A stretch of 63,765 nt of DNA, the filler included, from Folioceros fuciformis (Eukaryota), in NCBI GenBank assembly GCA_049999805.1. It is 3 parts of 3 records of this genome, joined end to end, with 100 filler letters (N's around TTAATTAATTAA, not from the genome) between each part and the next. Parts side by side here need not be neighbours in the genome. Positions count along the whole stretch, not along the records: positions 1 to 29,880 come from JBNGIO010006131.1; 2 more parts are not named here. The stretch is one strand, 5' to 3'. The notes beneath the pieces were generated by a model, which saw only the letters and a list, made by a program, of their open reading frames with translations, was not told the origin of the DNA and made no database searches. The position numbers were made by a program, and so were the translations under genes. Numbering within the stretch: the first letter of the stretch is position 1; the number at the start of each line of letters is the position of its first letter. This document shows positions 14,055-27,071 of the stretch, in pieces.

Positions 14055-14326
14055 AGCTCAGCTCAGCCTCCTTCCCGGCCTGGATCTGAGCTGGAGGTAT
14101 GAAGAGCGACCAGGGAGGATTCCTCGTACTTTGTAAGGTGCGCCAATAATTGACGTGAAACCCCTGTGTTAGATGTTGGTATTAATCCTTAAGGTTTGGA
14201 GTTGGAAACCAATTTGCTCAGTGAAAGCGAAAAAACGTCTTACCGCCTGCCGTGAGACGCAACAGCACCAGCAGGAAGAGCGCGTCCGAAATCCTGCGGA
14301 TGTGCGCGTAGTTCAATCCGCGAGCC

Positions 14327-15370
14327 ATGGCCTCCGCTCGCTTGCACCAGGTTCGTGGACGCCGTTACCGACGCTGCGTCGCTCCTTCTACAGCCAATGT
14401 TTCATTCGAGCATTCTCCGCGTTCCTGATGCAGGTTGCGAGCGTGTCGGTGGTAGGATCGAAGCTGGATGCGGTGCGTTCGGCTGCTTCCCCGTTGCCAT
14501 CCGCGGTGAGGTTCAGGCCGCGATGGCTGATGGCGAGCGCTGCAGCGACCTCGGCTGTGCCAAGTAAGAGCCGGGCACAGAACGATGTGTCCAAAGCCCT
14601 AAACCCTTCCAAAACCCTGCATGTTTTCCTGCCTCGAGGTCTTGGACTGATATGGCAGGCAGTACAGTGAGGATGAAGTAGAAATTCAGCGTTTTTTGAT
14701 GGACGGGTAGTGGATTCCTGCAGAAAGGAGCCTTGGATCTTGCTCCTCGGCATTTTACGAGGGAGAATGTGGCCGGATTCGGACAACGCTCGGCCTAGGG
14801 ATGACTGCTCTGCTTCCCCGGAGAGGGAGTAGGGGAGGAGGGGCCGCTCGAGCTGCTGATGACGTTCCTTCTTTCAAGGGATTTCCTCCCATGACCGAGA
14901 AGCCAAAGTGGTACTGGAGGCTGCTGGCCTGCATCCCCTACCTCATGCCGCTGAGTGAAACATGGATGTACGCAGAGACGGCCTACAGTCTGCACCCGTT
15001 CTTGGAGGATTATGAGTTCTTCACCTACCCGTTCCTCATCATGATCGGCTCTCTCCCGGGATGGTTTCTCCTTGCTTACTTCTTCGGCGCCTACCTTGGC
15101 ATTGTCCGGAACAACAGGTGGCCTCATTTCCTCAGATTTCATGTTGTTACCGGAATGCTGTTGGAGATCATGGTGCAGGTGATAGGCACGGTGAACGACT
15201 GGGTGCCGCAGGCGCTATACTGGGGCAAGCTCGGAGCTCACTACTGGCTTGCCATCGCCTTCGCCTTCTTCTTCATCGTCATAGACTGCATCCGCTGTGC
15301 TCTCAAGGGCATGTATGCCGACGTGCCCTTCCTGTCAGATGCTGCTTACATGCAGATCCCTTATGAGTAA
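14327..15370 (+). CDS. TIC20: Chloroplast import protein TIC20-I-like, 3 exons
   Basis: PPMTEKPKWYWRLLACIPYLMPLSETWMYAETAY...WPHFLRFHVVTGMLLEI...YADVPFLSDAAYMQIPYE; transit-peptide exons at 14327-14350 and about 14434-14563. Confidence 0.93.
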
Positions 15371-16784
15371 ATTGTTTCTCGTCTATGACCAAGACAGACC
15401 CTGATTAGTTGCCGGCTCCGCCCTGCTGGCCAAGAGGCATTTCACGTTGTTCCTGTCTGCTTTGTTCTAAATTGTGAACAGCTGTGTGTGTGTTTGGACT
15501 GGTCGTTGTCGACTTGGTGCACTATTTTACGTCTTGGAATTCTCTCGAAAACATATTACCTGCTGCAAACATTTCATGTAGCGGAAGAAACCGGCGCCGT
15601 GGGTAGGCGGCTTGTGACAGACAGTAGAGGATTAATAAGCGGAGAGAAGCATCAACAAATGCCGCCACAGGGCCTTGTGCTGATACGATGCGAGCGCAGC
15701 AGACTGCAGCAGTGCGCCGCTGGAGATTGCATCTCTCCCCTCCGCGGATCCCATAGCGGTGCGGAATCTATGCGGTCAGGGCAGACGAGGCGACTCCTCT
15801 CCGGCACCGCGGTTCGCATTGCGGACGCCTGCTCCTCCGTGGAAGCTTCCGGATGAAGCTGCCGGCGTTTGTGGGCTTGCGGAGGTCTTGCAAGGGCGGC
15901 CTCGAGGAAGGCTTTTGGCGGCGGAAAGTTCGCGGATCTGAGGTTTTGGAGTCCTTTCTGGGGCACCGCAGACGAGTTTCGGCAACCTGGATTCACCAGC
16001 TGGCAAAATTTGCGCTCCTGCGTGTCGGTTTGAGTTGGTTCTAGCTGGCGGTGCACCTTTCGCGGCGGGGGCGATTAATGTTCTCGTATTCTTCCGAGCT
16101 GCTGTCATCCGCTTCCAGCTGAGCTTCACTAGAAAAATGGCAACTTGGAGCTGCAGCTGATCCAACTCATTTCCGGCGGTCCTGTTGCGTGCGCGCGGTC
16201 AGGATCAGGATCCGCTTGTGTATTAGGACAGCGTGCAGCGGCATTGCGTGGAGGGATGCGGAGGATGATGTGCAGTCTGCTGCAATGTGATTTGGTGCAC
16301 AATCTTCTGCTGGAGAGGAGTAGATGAGTTGAAATGTAGACAAATTTTCGGAGTAGACTTGGGCGGAATGCGCGGGAGGACGCGGTTGGTCGCGATCTAG
16401 AGATTTGAGCTGATCCCGCTGTGTATTCATTGGTTGCGAAGGGAAGCGAGGAACCACAACCTGTGGCTTGGTGTGGAAGGAAGCTGAGGGTACTTTTTTC
16501 TCGCTGGTATTCGGTTTCGGCAGCTACTCGAAGATCAAGCTTCGGAACAAATCTGTGCATGACAGTGAAAGCATTCCGAATTTTCTCAGGGAAGGTTGCT
16601 TCTCGGCACGCCGTTGCAGGGGTTTGCTTTGACTAAGCATAGCCCTCTTAAGCGATTTGGTACAAGTGATAGCTTCTGTGCGTATGACGAAAGGCATATT
16701 GCCTTGGCCTAAGACGCAGGGGACACTGCTAGGCTATGGGTTGGACAGGTCATAGACCAGCGGCAGGATTCATAACTTAAGTCA

Positions 16785-19469
16785 ATGGAGGGTGATTCTC
16801 GCCCTGAATTATCGTCAGATCTCTCGGGAGTGGTGCTGAAGACCTCAAATCTTGCAAGCAGCCGTAGTCTTAAACTGACAAATACACCATCCGGCAAGCT
16901 GACCCCTCGGGCCTCGGCTCTTAACTCTCCATCTTTCCGACGTAGTTCGTCCTTCAGGGCTCACAAGAAGGTTGAGGCCCGAGACGGGACTCGTCTGGTG
17001 GCATCAACCAGGTGGATTTCGGGACTGTGTTCTCGCCGAAATGTTGTTCCATGGCTACTCCTCATTGGGCTGTGGAGTTACGTGGTGTTTCTTCTGCAGT
17101 ATCGCTGGGTTGCAGGGACAGAAACTACTTTTGGCCTTTTCGGTTCTGGAGTTCAGGAGGATCCAGATCTGAGGACTATGACTATTGAACATTCTGCTCC
17201 ACGTCATTCTCATAACTTATCAGCACATAAGACTTCGAATGCTGGCTTTACAGGTCAAGTGAATGGTCATGTATCCGATCCAGCTACAGTCGGCAGAAAA
17301 TCGAAAAGCAAAACATGGTCTCGGTTGTGGCCCTGGAGGGAAAAGGGACCTGAACAGATGGACAACGGCAGACACGGAAGGGTACATAAGAGGATTGTCG
17401 AATCTGAAGGAAAGGCTGTTGAGCAAATAGCAAAACCCGGAACCGTTGCTGGACGTCTGGTACATGAAGATGTCAAAAGCTCAGGCACCAGTGACGAATA
17501 CCCTATGGTACTGACAGGTGATCCAGCCCAAGGAAAGCTTGTTGGTCCTTTTGATTTTGATTCGAAAGCGGTGGGCTCTGCTGCTAAGAAGTCGAGAAGA
17601 TGCAAGAGGAATGGCTCGTTCCCTAAGTTTGTGAAGGACAAAGTGGTGATTGTAGTCCTACATGAGTTGTCTATGACAGGAGCGCCGTTAGCAATGATGG
17701 AGCTTGCGGAGGAAATGCTCAGTTGCAAAGCTAAGGTCTCTGCAGTTGTTTTAAGTAGAAAAGGGGGCCTTTATCAAGAACTCACATCCAGAGGTATAAA
17801 GGTCATCGGTGACAAATCACAGAACAGTTGGAAGGTGGCTGCAAAAGCTGATTTGGTGGTTGCTGGTTCTGCAGCGTGCGCTTCATGGGTTGGTAAGATC
17901 GTGTTTTGACTTGTATGGGGGATAGCGTTGGTTATCCAGCATTTGTGTCATCTGCCAGCACAGGAGATGACTCATAAGCATTTGCATACTGCACTTGAAA
18001 GGTTGCATTAGTGCAGGTAAGTCAGCAGCTTACAATCAGAGTCCTGAGGAGTTTGCTATTTTGCAGGTCCTTACTTGGCCAGAAACCCTGGGGCGGCTGG
18101 CCGCTTGGTGTGGTGGATAATGGAGAACAGACGAGAGTATTTTGACAAGTCTAAACAGCTTCTCAACAGGGTACGAGCTTTGGCGTTTATCTCTGAGTCC
18201 CAGGCACAACTCTGGCAGCAGTGGTCTCTAGAGGAGAAGATAGCACTGCAACCCACTGTCGCTGTGATACCTTTATCAATTAGTGATGACCTGGCCATAT
18301 TGGCAGGTGTTGGTCAGTCTGGCAAGCTAAATGGCACGCTAACCATAGACATAGCAGAAGAGATGGCAGAGAAACGGAGAAAGATGAGATTTCAGGTGAG
18401 ACGAGCAATGGGAATAGATCCTGATGATATGCTCGCCATTTCACTGAGTAGTATCACTCCAGGAAAAGGTCAGTACCTGCTGGTACTTGCAGCCCTTATG
18501 GTTGCTGAAGACATGGAGGACGAGGGCCCAGAAGGTCTGGCACGCTTGGAGAACGTAACAAGCGGTACTTTGTCTACCTCGATCGGTGGAGCGGGGTCCA
18601 GGGGTTTAACTGCAGCTTCCGTGCGATTTGAGCTTGCGGAGTTGTCAAGCGAGCAAAGCAGGGCCAGTACATCTGAGGCAGAGTCTGTCGTAGAGAGCAA
18701 GGGAGATGAGCAGCCTTATCTTCAAAAGCCTAGTCCAACAAGCAGGACACTCCAAGCAGCAAGCAATGCCGGGGATAGAACCTTGAGAATTCTAATTGGA
18801 TCGGTGGGTTCGAAGAGTAACAAAGTACCCTACGTGGAGAAGATTGTAGGTGTGGTATCCAGCCACTCTAGCTTGGCTGACACGATGTTTTGGACGAGAG
18901 CTTCTGTGCATGTGGCACCTCTGTACGCTGCTGCTGACGCATATGTGATGAACGCACAGGTATTATCTTTAGCCTGATATCGGGATTTGGATTGTTGCAA
19001 GTTTCGCTCTGTTTCTGTTAAAACGGGAAGTTGATATGAATGATGACAGGGCATTGGAGAGACTTTTGGAAGGGTTACCATCGAGGCCATGGCTTTTGGT
19101 TTACCGGTTAGTAGTACCTTCCTTTCTTTCTTCCGTTGAGGAGAAAAAGATGTCTTGCTTCCAGCAAGCCACAAGCCTGCGAGTGAAATCTCAAGGCCGT
19201 CTACTGTCTGCCGCATGCAGGTGCTAGGGACGAATGCCGGAGGAACCAGGGAGATAGTGGAGGACAATGTGACAGGGCTACTTCACCCGGTTGGACGTGA
19301 TGGGGTTCCGGTTCTTGCCCAACAGTTGAGGCTTCTACTAGACAAGCCTAGTCTTGGAAAAGAATTGGGTCAGAGAGGCAAGGAGAAAGTCGAGCTCCTT
19401 TACAGAGAAGGACCCATGTACGAGAAGTTAGCTAGATTATTTTCTCAAACTGAGGAAGGACCATCCTGA
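16785..19469 (+). CDS. Glycosyltransferase family 4 (Glycos_transf_1), type II membrane protein, 4 exons
   Basis: TM segment; HELSMTGAPLAMMELA; WWIMENRREYF; YAAADAYVMNAQ|GIGETFGRVTIEAMAFGLP|VLGTNAGGTREIV. Confidence 0.93.
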
Positions 19470-19688
19470 AGTTCTAAGCCTTCACTAGTTACAAGGGAGG
19501 GTGACCGGCTCAATTCTGTGTACTGTACCATACGCGTTGATTCTTTGAATAAATTTCAGATATGCCGAAATTCAGATTACAAATTTGTGATCCATACATG
19601 GTGTCAATCGATCGCCAGAGACCACTGTACAGTTGCAGTTGGCTGGACTAACATGCGTTACACCGTGAGACGGATCAACATGTGAGAT

Positions 19689-20276
19689 TCATTGAGGCGG
19701 CTTCAGCCTGAGACAGTTGTCTGCTACCTGATGAAATAGTTCTTGAATCTGCTTCAACTCCCTTTCTGCAGCAGATGTGCAGTGAGAATGAGATTCAGAC
19801 CAAGGCTGAAGATCAGATTCTACAGGTTAACACAAAGGAATGCAAGCAAACCTGCAGCATCCAGCTCCCTGAACAGATCGTTGCCAACAGCATCGTTCTC
19901 TGCTTGAAGCTCTGCCAGTCTCTTCAGCTGCTGGGACTCCCCTCCCTCATCCACCGGAAGAGCAGCCACCAGCGCATCAAACTGTTTCACCACACCATCG
20001 GCTTCAGAGGCCAGATGACCATCCAGCCAGCCAAGAAAGCACGAGACTGCCTCAAGCACAACCTACCTCCTTCGCAGCCTGCACCAGAGCTTCAGCCATG
20101 ACTTTAGGCTGCTCCGCAAACGCAGCTATTTCCTCGGCAGTCTTGGTCTGCACCGCCTCCGAGTGGTCTCTGGACAGCCCCGTCGGCGGGGCGTCTCTCT
20201 GGAACGTTCCCACGGTGGTGAAAGCCAGGAACGCGATCTTGTTCGCCTGCTCCTGCAGCTGTGCGATGATGTCCAT
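19689..20276 (-). CDS. MED21: Mediator subunit 21, 3 exons
   Basis: MDIIAQLQEQANKIAFLAFTTVGTFQRDAPP...KQFDALVAALP...QLKRLAELQAEN...ELFHQVADNCLRLKPPQ*. Confidence 0.93.
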
Positions 20277-20368
20277 GGCTGCCTCCGGCCACCTCCGATC
20301 CAACCAAGCCCTAACCTCCCGTCTCGCTCCGCTCACTTCTCACTTCTCCAACTCCCCGCGCTCCGCCG

Positions 20369-20920
20369 ATGGCGTTAACCGTGTCTGCACATCTCCTTGC
20401 GCCCCTCGCCGCCGCGCCCCTTCTCCGGCCGCAGCGGCCGTCAGCAACCTCCAGGCAAGCAGCATCACGCGTCAGGACAAGAGCTTCAACCGCAGCGGGG
20501 GAAGATAGGCCCGCACCGGATCGGAAAGGGGAGACACTGTGGAGGAAGGAGCTCCAAGGGCTGGACAATCTTACAGCGGCAGATTTCGGCTCGGATCTGC
20601 AGCAGGACATAGAGCGGCTCTCGGAGAAGCGCGAGGTGGAGAAGAAACTGGAGAGCTACAGATCAGGGAGCGGGGATAATGTGAAGCCCAAACCTTTCGT
20701 CCAGGATGCGGTGGAGAAGATACTGGTTCTGGATTTCTTCTTCATTCTCTTCATTTTGGCATGGTTTCTAGCCGGGCTAGGGGAGAAGGCAACGCTGCAG
20801 TCCTCCGGGTTGATTGATGCCTGGCTGCCACTGTGGGCCACCGTGTTTCAACCGGCCTTGGGCGTGTTCATGGCTGGAGCGCTAGTGTCTGCTTTTTCTG
20901 CCTGGTCTTCTAAGAAGTGA
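20369..20920 (+). CDS. Uncharacterised predicted plastid membrane protein
   Basis: Ala/Arg/Ser-rich transit peptide; two hydrophobic helices (LDFFFILFILAWFLAG; WLPLWATVFQPALGVFMAGALVS). Confidence 0.8.
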   Translation: MALTVSAHLLAPLAAAPLLRPQRPSATSRQAASRVRTRASTAAGEDRPAPDRKGETLWRKELQGLDNLTAADFGSDLQQDIERLSEKREVEKKLESYRSGSGDNVKPKPFVQDAVEKILVLDFFFILFILAWFLAGLGEKATLQSSGLIDAWLPLWATVFQPALGVFMAGALVSAFSAWSSKK

Positions 20921-21677
20921 GACAATTACCGAGAGTCGTCCAGTGCAAGCTCGTGAGATGGTCGACCACTCCAGCACCCTGACGCGCAAGCTCCAGGCCC
21001 TCGCACCCTCGTCACCAACCTCCTCCTCCCTTGCACGCCCCGGCTACTGCCCTGTGTAGGTAATTAAGCATGATATAAATACAGAATAATTCCAGACTGG
21101 ACCTCACTCTGAATCGATCTCCATATTTAAGCAAATCTGTTTTGATAAACAAGGACCCCCATAAGCAGGATACGCGGAATCTCTCGCGGAAACATTATAA
21201 CCCAGTACCCACCTACGTCTGTATATAGGTTGTACCTCCCTACTTCCATCTTTGCACAAATCACCACACACATATAATATTTTATAATATTTTATAAATT
21301 GTAGTATCATCTTATATAAAATTAAAACATTCTTCATTATATCTACCTCTTATAATTTTATAAATAATAGTTTTATATGAAAATTTTATTACATATTATG
21401 AAACAGTAATCAAAATAATATCTCATATTCAAAATTTCTGAGCTCAATATTGAATATTATTTTAGGAATTCTAAAAATTCTCAAATGAAAAAAGGAAAAC
21501 ACATATATATAACCTACAACATCATGAAGAATTGAATACAAAGAAGTTGTAATGAAAGTTGATTAACAATAACACTAAAGGACAAGAGAACTTAAGTTTC
21601 AAGAAAAATTGTAGGTACATAGGCTATTCTAGTTGTAGATGTGTTATCTCTCTCTCTGGAAGAGCTAAGTAAATGTT

Positions 21678-22220
21678 ATGCATTGTGGGGATGCATTCAA
21701 CTTAATGCATAGTGTTGCATGTCCAGTGCACAATAAACTCTTCATAGCTTCTGACCCAATGATTAACTTCAATGTCTTGTTACATAAGAACTTAAAGATA
21801 CTAATTTTTATTTATCTAGGTATAAATCAAGGCAATGTTGTGAAGTCATCAACTCCTATTGGTGACACACAAGATAGAGATGAAGTTTTGGATAAAGTTT
21901 GTGCACAACCCTTCATTCCATTAACATTTGAAAACGTGGTACTTGAAAGGAGTTTAGTGAAGGACTTGGTTGAGATTGGTTCCACATATTTTCCAAATGT
22001 TCCATACACTTATGAACCACATTACCTAATGGACAAAGTTTTGTTTTCAGGTACCATGAATTGTTATGCTTCAATCCCACACATGATGAGTGATACTCAG
22101 TGTCTTGACTGTGTCACCAGGTTAATGAACAGATTAGTGGATGATGTTTGCAAAGGGGCAGAGTATGCACATATGTTGGTGAAAGATTGTTATTTAAGAT
22201 ACGCATTTGAAGAAATATGA
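21678..22220 (+). CDS. Hypothetical ORF in AT-rich island
   Basis: 180-aa ORF in stop-rich AT-rich DNA with protein-like composition; family not recognised. Confidence 0.3.
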   Translation: MHCGDAFNLMHSVACPVHNKLFIASDPMINFNVLLHKNLKILIFIYLGINQGNVVKSSTPIGDTQDRDEVLDKVCAQPFIPLTFENVVLERSLVKDLVEIGSTYFPNVPYTYEPHYLMDKVLFSGTMNCYASIPHMMSDTQCLDCVTRLMNRLVDDVCKGAEYAHMLVKDCYLRYAFEEI

Positions 22221-22489
22221 AAATATTACGTATAAATTTGAAAAAAAAGAGAGTATTAGTACCATAGGGGGAATCTATGATGCAAAAAGTAGGTGCTATG
22301 GAAGTAAAGTGTTTGAGAAAGGAATTCAACATATGAGTTCTGGGGTGTCTGTTGTGTGATGTTATGATATCTTATACTTATTCAATTTTTTTGAGTTAAA
22401 TATTTAATTATCAAATCTCTTTGCACTTGTACATGTAAGATAGGTTAGGTTTTGTTGGGTGGGTAACAAGAGAACAAAATCTGAACATC

Positions 22490-22984
22490 ATGGAGAAACC
22501 AAGACCCACATTGATAGAACTTGAGAAAAAGAATAGCATGCTTCTCTCAGCCAAACGGATGTTTTGGCTAGATCAATTAGGATATGAACCAAAGGTGTAT
22601 TTGCATGGTGTGCAAAATGGGGTTCGTGATGGTTTGATTGAGATTGGAGTAATGAATGAAATAGACTTTCTGAATGCTAACAACTATGAGTATCCTGCTC
22701 CAGGTTGTTGCAAGACATTCTTAAGACACTTAGGTGAAAAGTTTGATAAGAATCAAATTACTAGGAAAGATGCATTTGCATTGTTGAAGAAACATAGCAA
22801 TGGAATCACTTATTGGCAAATGAAAAAATTGTACATGGTCTTCAAAGTTCCTTGCTCCCAATGGATTAAGAAAAACTTTGTGGAAGCTGACATTTTGATT
22901 GAAAGGCTAGAGAAAGCTAAAGCTAGGAAAGACTTGATGCTTAGACTTGGATTTGCTAATCTGAAACACACAATTCAGGAGTAA
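22490..22984 (+). CDS. Hypothetical protein in AT-rich island
   Basis: ATG-initiated 164-aa ORF with globular composition; family not recognised. Confidence 0.4.
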   Translation: MEKPRPTLIELEKKNSMLLSAKRMFWLDQLGYEPKVYLHGVQNGVRDGLIEIGVMNEIDFLNANNYEYPAPGCCKTFLRHLGEKFDKNQITRKDAFALLKKHSNGITYWQMKKLYMVFKVPCSQWIKKNFVEADILIERLEKAKARKDLMLRLGFANLKHTIQE

Positions 22985-23457
22985 TGTTGCATAACTTGTC
23001 TTGCTTGATCTCGTTCTTGTTACAATTTCTATCATTTTGACACGTATGAAGCAAACAACATGGCAGCCCAATCTCACAAAGCCTATTCGAGTTCGAGTTC
23101 AAGTTCAATCTCTCACGTTGCACCACTCCGGCTTGTCTCTTGAGAGAACGATGCCCTGCCCAAGCGCCGAAGGAATGATGTTGAACGTGAGAAGACACGA
23201 ACCGTTTAAGAAAGCCGCTGTTTGAAACTCTGGTTATCACCGAATCTCCCACCCAAAAAGAACGGTAACTGATTGAATATTGTCGTCCAAGCGTCAGAAC
23301 CGATGTTTAGTCGGAAGCTTGAGCAATTCTGCGCCTTGTGAAAAGTGTGCGCTCTTACTGCTCTCAATTGTATCTCCCCTATTCTGTCTGCTGTGCTGTC
23401 GAGCATCCCAGTTCTCCTTTTGCCTGGATTCGCCGCGAGGGACGAGGCGTTTTCGGT

Positions 23458-26400
23458 ATGGGTCCAAAGAAGGTATGCAACACTACTGTCTGCCAGGTGA
23501 CAAACCAAAAGAAAAAAAAAAAACCCCAGAAAAAAGAATCTCTGGATCAGATGATCGCTCCCCCTGTACAGCCTCGGAAATAAGCCTCCAAATTTTGGCC
23601 TCTGTGTGTCAGGAGAAGCGAATCCTCACACATGAAGAGAAAGCTATCAAAGCGCAGATGCAGGCTCTCAAGGTACATACATACCTTACTGCCGGAGGTA
23701 GGAACCCTGACAAGAAGTTTAGTGAGAAAGTGCCTTACACAGCAGCATATCTTGGACTGGAATCACAGGCTGAAGAAGATCGGAAGAAGAAAGAGCAGGA
23801 AAGAATTGATCGCATGCAGGAACTTCAGGTCAGGCGTTAAGCCAAGATTTGTCCCAGTTGGAAGTTTGAATCTGACTCTGCACTGTGCGCACTGTGAGAT
23901 GACGTGATGTTCTCTTTGGTGCAGGCACATGAGGACAAAATCTGTACGGCTAATATGAGGAAAATACAGACTCACTGGCGCAAGATACTGAGAAATGCCA
24001 AAGTGCAAGAGCTTAAGACAGAAATTCAGAGGTTGTCTGAGGAACATGAACGTCAGGTGGCGAGAAAGGACAACATGATCAGGACGTTGAGATCAGATTT
24101 GAAAGAATCAGCTGATCAGCACAATCTACGCTACGAAAATCACGTGAAGTCTGTTGATGGAATTATCGATTTGCATCACCATCGCTTGAAGGTCTGCGAG
24201 CCTGCATACCTGACACTCCCAGGTCGCAGTCCAGCTACTGTGTGGCTTGCTGTCATCGAACTCTGTTTCTTTTGCTGAGTGGGATCTTCTCTGCTCAGGT
24301 CATGGAAGACCAGTTCCAGGACATGCTTCGTCTCATGCAGCGAGAATTTTCAGCAGAGACGGATTCCATTGATTCTACTTTTGCAAGGAATAAAAAGGTC
24401 CGCATTTGATCAGGTGGTGTCCAGAACCAGCGTGCCTGAGATGGCCGAATCTTTCCTAACCTATGTCCCGCTCAGGAAATGACCAACATGTCACACGCCA
24501 TGAAAGAGGAGTTTCAAGAACTCAAGGCAGAAGTTCAGCACCAGTTTGATGCTGACAAGGAAGAAGTGAAGGTGCGGGATCTCAGTCTGAGGGTTTCTGC
24601 TTTCTTCAATTCTCCTCAAAGCGAAGCTCTGATGAATCGTTTTTTGTGTGTGAGAACTGCCATGACGCAGAATAAGGACGCGGAGGCATACAATATCATG
24701 AAACTGTCGTTGGAGGGACAAATCATGGACCTTGAGAATCGAATCGAAATAGCACATCAGGTACGCTGTCGTGTTCCAGACATTCCTGTTTCTCGCGGAT
24801 AACGCTGTAGGCGATGCCCTTAACAACTGGCCACGGCAGCAATACTTGGCCAGCACAGAGGCCAAGACGGTTGCCTATAAACAACTCTCAGTGAAAGATG
24901 CCGTCACCTCTCGGTCGATTGAGAAAAGAATGAAAAAGCTTATCCATCTGCACGAGCTGCTTGCAATGTGGCGAGCCAAAATTGCAACAAATAGGTATGG
25001 CTAAACTCTCCAGTCCACACATGCATGTGATTCGGTCGGACATAGCTCTGTTTCTCTCTAATGCTTTTAGGGCATAGTGCATCTTTTGCAATTGTCTGAC
25101 ACACGTTCCAGCAAAGAGTGGGAGGCAACAAACCAAGCTCTCCGTGAAGAGAAGGACAATATCAACAAACATTATCAGGAACTTAAGCGAAACTTGGTCA
25201 GAACTCACAAAGTGGAACATGAAAAACTAAAGGTGGAATGCAGTTTTTGATTAAAGCCATGTGATCACAACGGGCTGATGTCCCTTGCCACATTGCTCGC
25301 ACAGACATGCCACTTGGAATCCTGGGTGAGGGATAGGCCAACTTATGCCATCTGCTGCTTGCATGGGAATGAATGAATTTGGAGCTAGAATATCTGAGCT
25401 GTAGACATTGAAGTGCAGGCCATCTCTGTAGCCAGTGGAGACGCAGTTTCTAACTTGAAGAAAAAATATGAGATAGTAGAGCGTCTTATCAAACTGGGGA
25501 TGCTAAATAGCAAAGTAAGAGGAGAACTTTGTATACCCTGAAAGTGCGGAGGGGATAAATCAAGAGATTACTAACATGTGGGTATGCTATGTGGGCTTCT
25601 CAACAGCTTGAGACTGAATGTGAGAAGATTTATCCCTTCGATCCGCTGCGCTGCTCAACCTTCCCCACACAACCAGTTGCTGAATATGATACAGAGAACG
25701 GGGAGGATGAGGAGTCCGACCTGTTGGAGCCGAACAGAAGTAAGTGTCCCAACTCGCTTCCTACCTGAGCACCGTATGAACATGAAATCCTTTTCTCTTC
25801 GCTTTCATCTCTGCAGAGCTTTCGTTCTTTGAGGAAACGGCTGTGGGAGCTGACAAGAACAAGAGCACCACATGGCCAGAGCCGTCCCCGGAGTCACAGC
25901 CTCGGTCATGGAGCCTGCCGGATCTAGAGCACATGGCCAATTTGTCTAAGCGGGGAAGCAGGGCAACTCTCACGGGCACAGAAGTGCTCCCTCAACTCCC
26001 AGAAGACAGGGCCGTGGTGCCCAGTTTAGACCACTTGGCCAGAATGTCGTCGAGGGGCAGCAGATCAAGCTTGCTTGGCCTGGATCAGCCGTTGCCAGAG
26101 AAGGAAGGAAACAACATCCGACTGGCCTCCTATGCCGTGGATGAAGATGATGAGGAGGTTGCCGAGTGGGACTACTTGAACCGATTCAACAAGCGGTTCA
26201 ACAAGGTAACAACCATCATTCATGATGCTTCTGCCAGGCCCTCCCCTCGAGGCTCGTGAGAACCGCCTGACATCTCCAACACAACAGGTGCAACTGGACA
26301 CCTTGACCATCGAGGTGTCCAAGGCCAGGCTCTTGGAAGAACACAACAATCTGAAGGGGGCTCTGGAGGTGTACTTGAATGGCCTCTCCCTGAATGACAA

Positions 26401-26571
26401 GACAATGTCAAGGACACCCAACTCCCTTCTGGTGCGTGCCGTACAACAGTACTTCCCCGCCCCTTCCCCATTATTAAAATTCGGACACATAAACAACTCA
26501 TCAACACGCTCCCTCTTGTTCAGATTGTCAGGCGCCTACTACAACGTGCGGAGAGAGAAACCCCAGCCTGA
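23458..26571 (+). CDS. DRC2: Dynein regulatory complex subunit 2 (CCDC65), multi-exon
   Basis: MGPKK|...NMRKIQTHWRKILRNAKVQELKTEIQRLSEEHERQVARKDNMIRTLRSDL; C-terminal FNKRFNKV|QLDTLTIE...LKGALEVYLNGLS; GT-AG introns throughout. Confidence 0.85.
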
Positions 26572-27071
26572 ATTTCGTCACTTGACCACACGGCTGCTAT
26601 CTTGCTGTGTGACGACGCATGTGCCAGCCACACGTCCATGGTCAGAAGGTCGGAAGCGATTTGCAAGCGGCTTTCATACTGCGGTACGAAGTTTTGTGTC
26701 CTCTCTCCGATCAGTGCCGATGCCAATTACTCGAATCCCAAGTTATTCATCCTAAAAGTTTGCAGTTGGCCGGCGGGTACAGCCTGGACTGTCACACCGA
26801 CGCACCGGACATTTGTGAGAAGTCGTCCAGGCTCCCTCCATCCGCGGGAGATTAAGACCAGGAAAAGGGGCTGCTTGTCCACTCAGCAACTGCCGCGACG
26901 ACTGCGAATTTTCTTTCGGCTCCTTGTATATATAGTACAGTTGGGTGATACGGCCGGCATGTCATTGTCACAGACTCTGTGTCTGCCCTGAACGCTCCAG
27001 GTGTCAGAGGGGAACGAAGCTGTGATTCTGGGGATTGCATACAATTCTGAAGGTCTTCTTCAATCAACTTT

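Noticed and set aside
13491-14102. 203-aa + strand ORF
   Set aside because: Antisense to the DUF538 gene; GC-rich shadow ORF
15488-16640. Many overlapping short ORFs upstream of the glycosyltransferase
   Set aside because: GC-rich promoter or 5' UTR; no coherent protein
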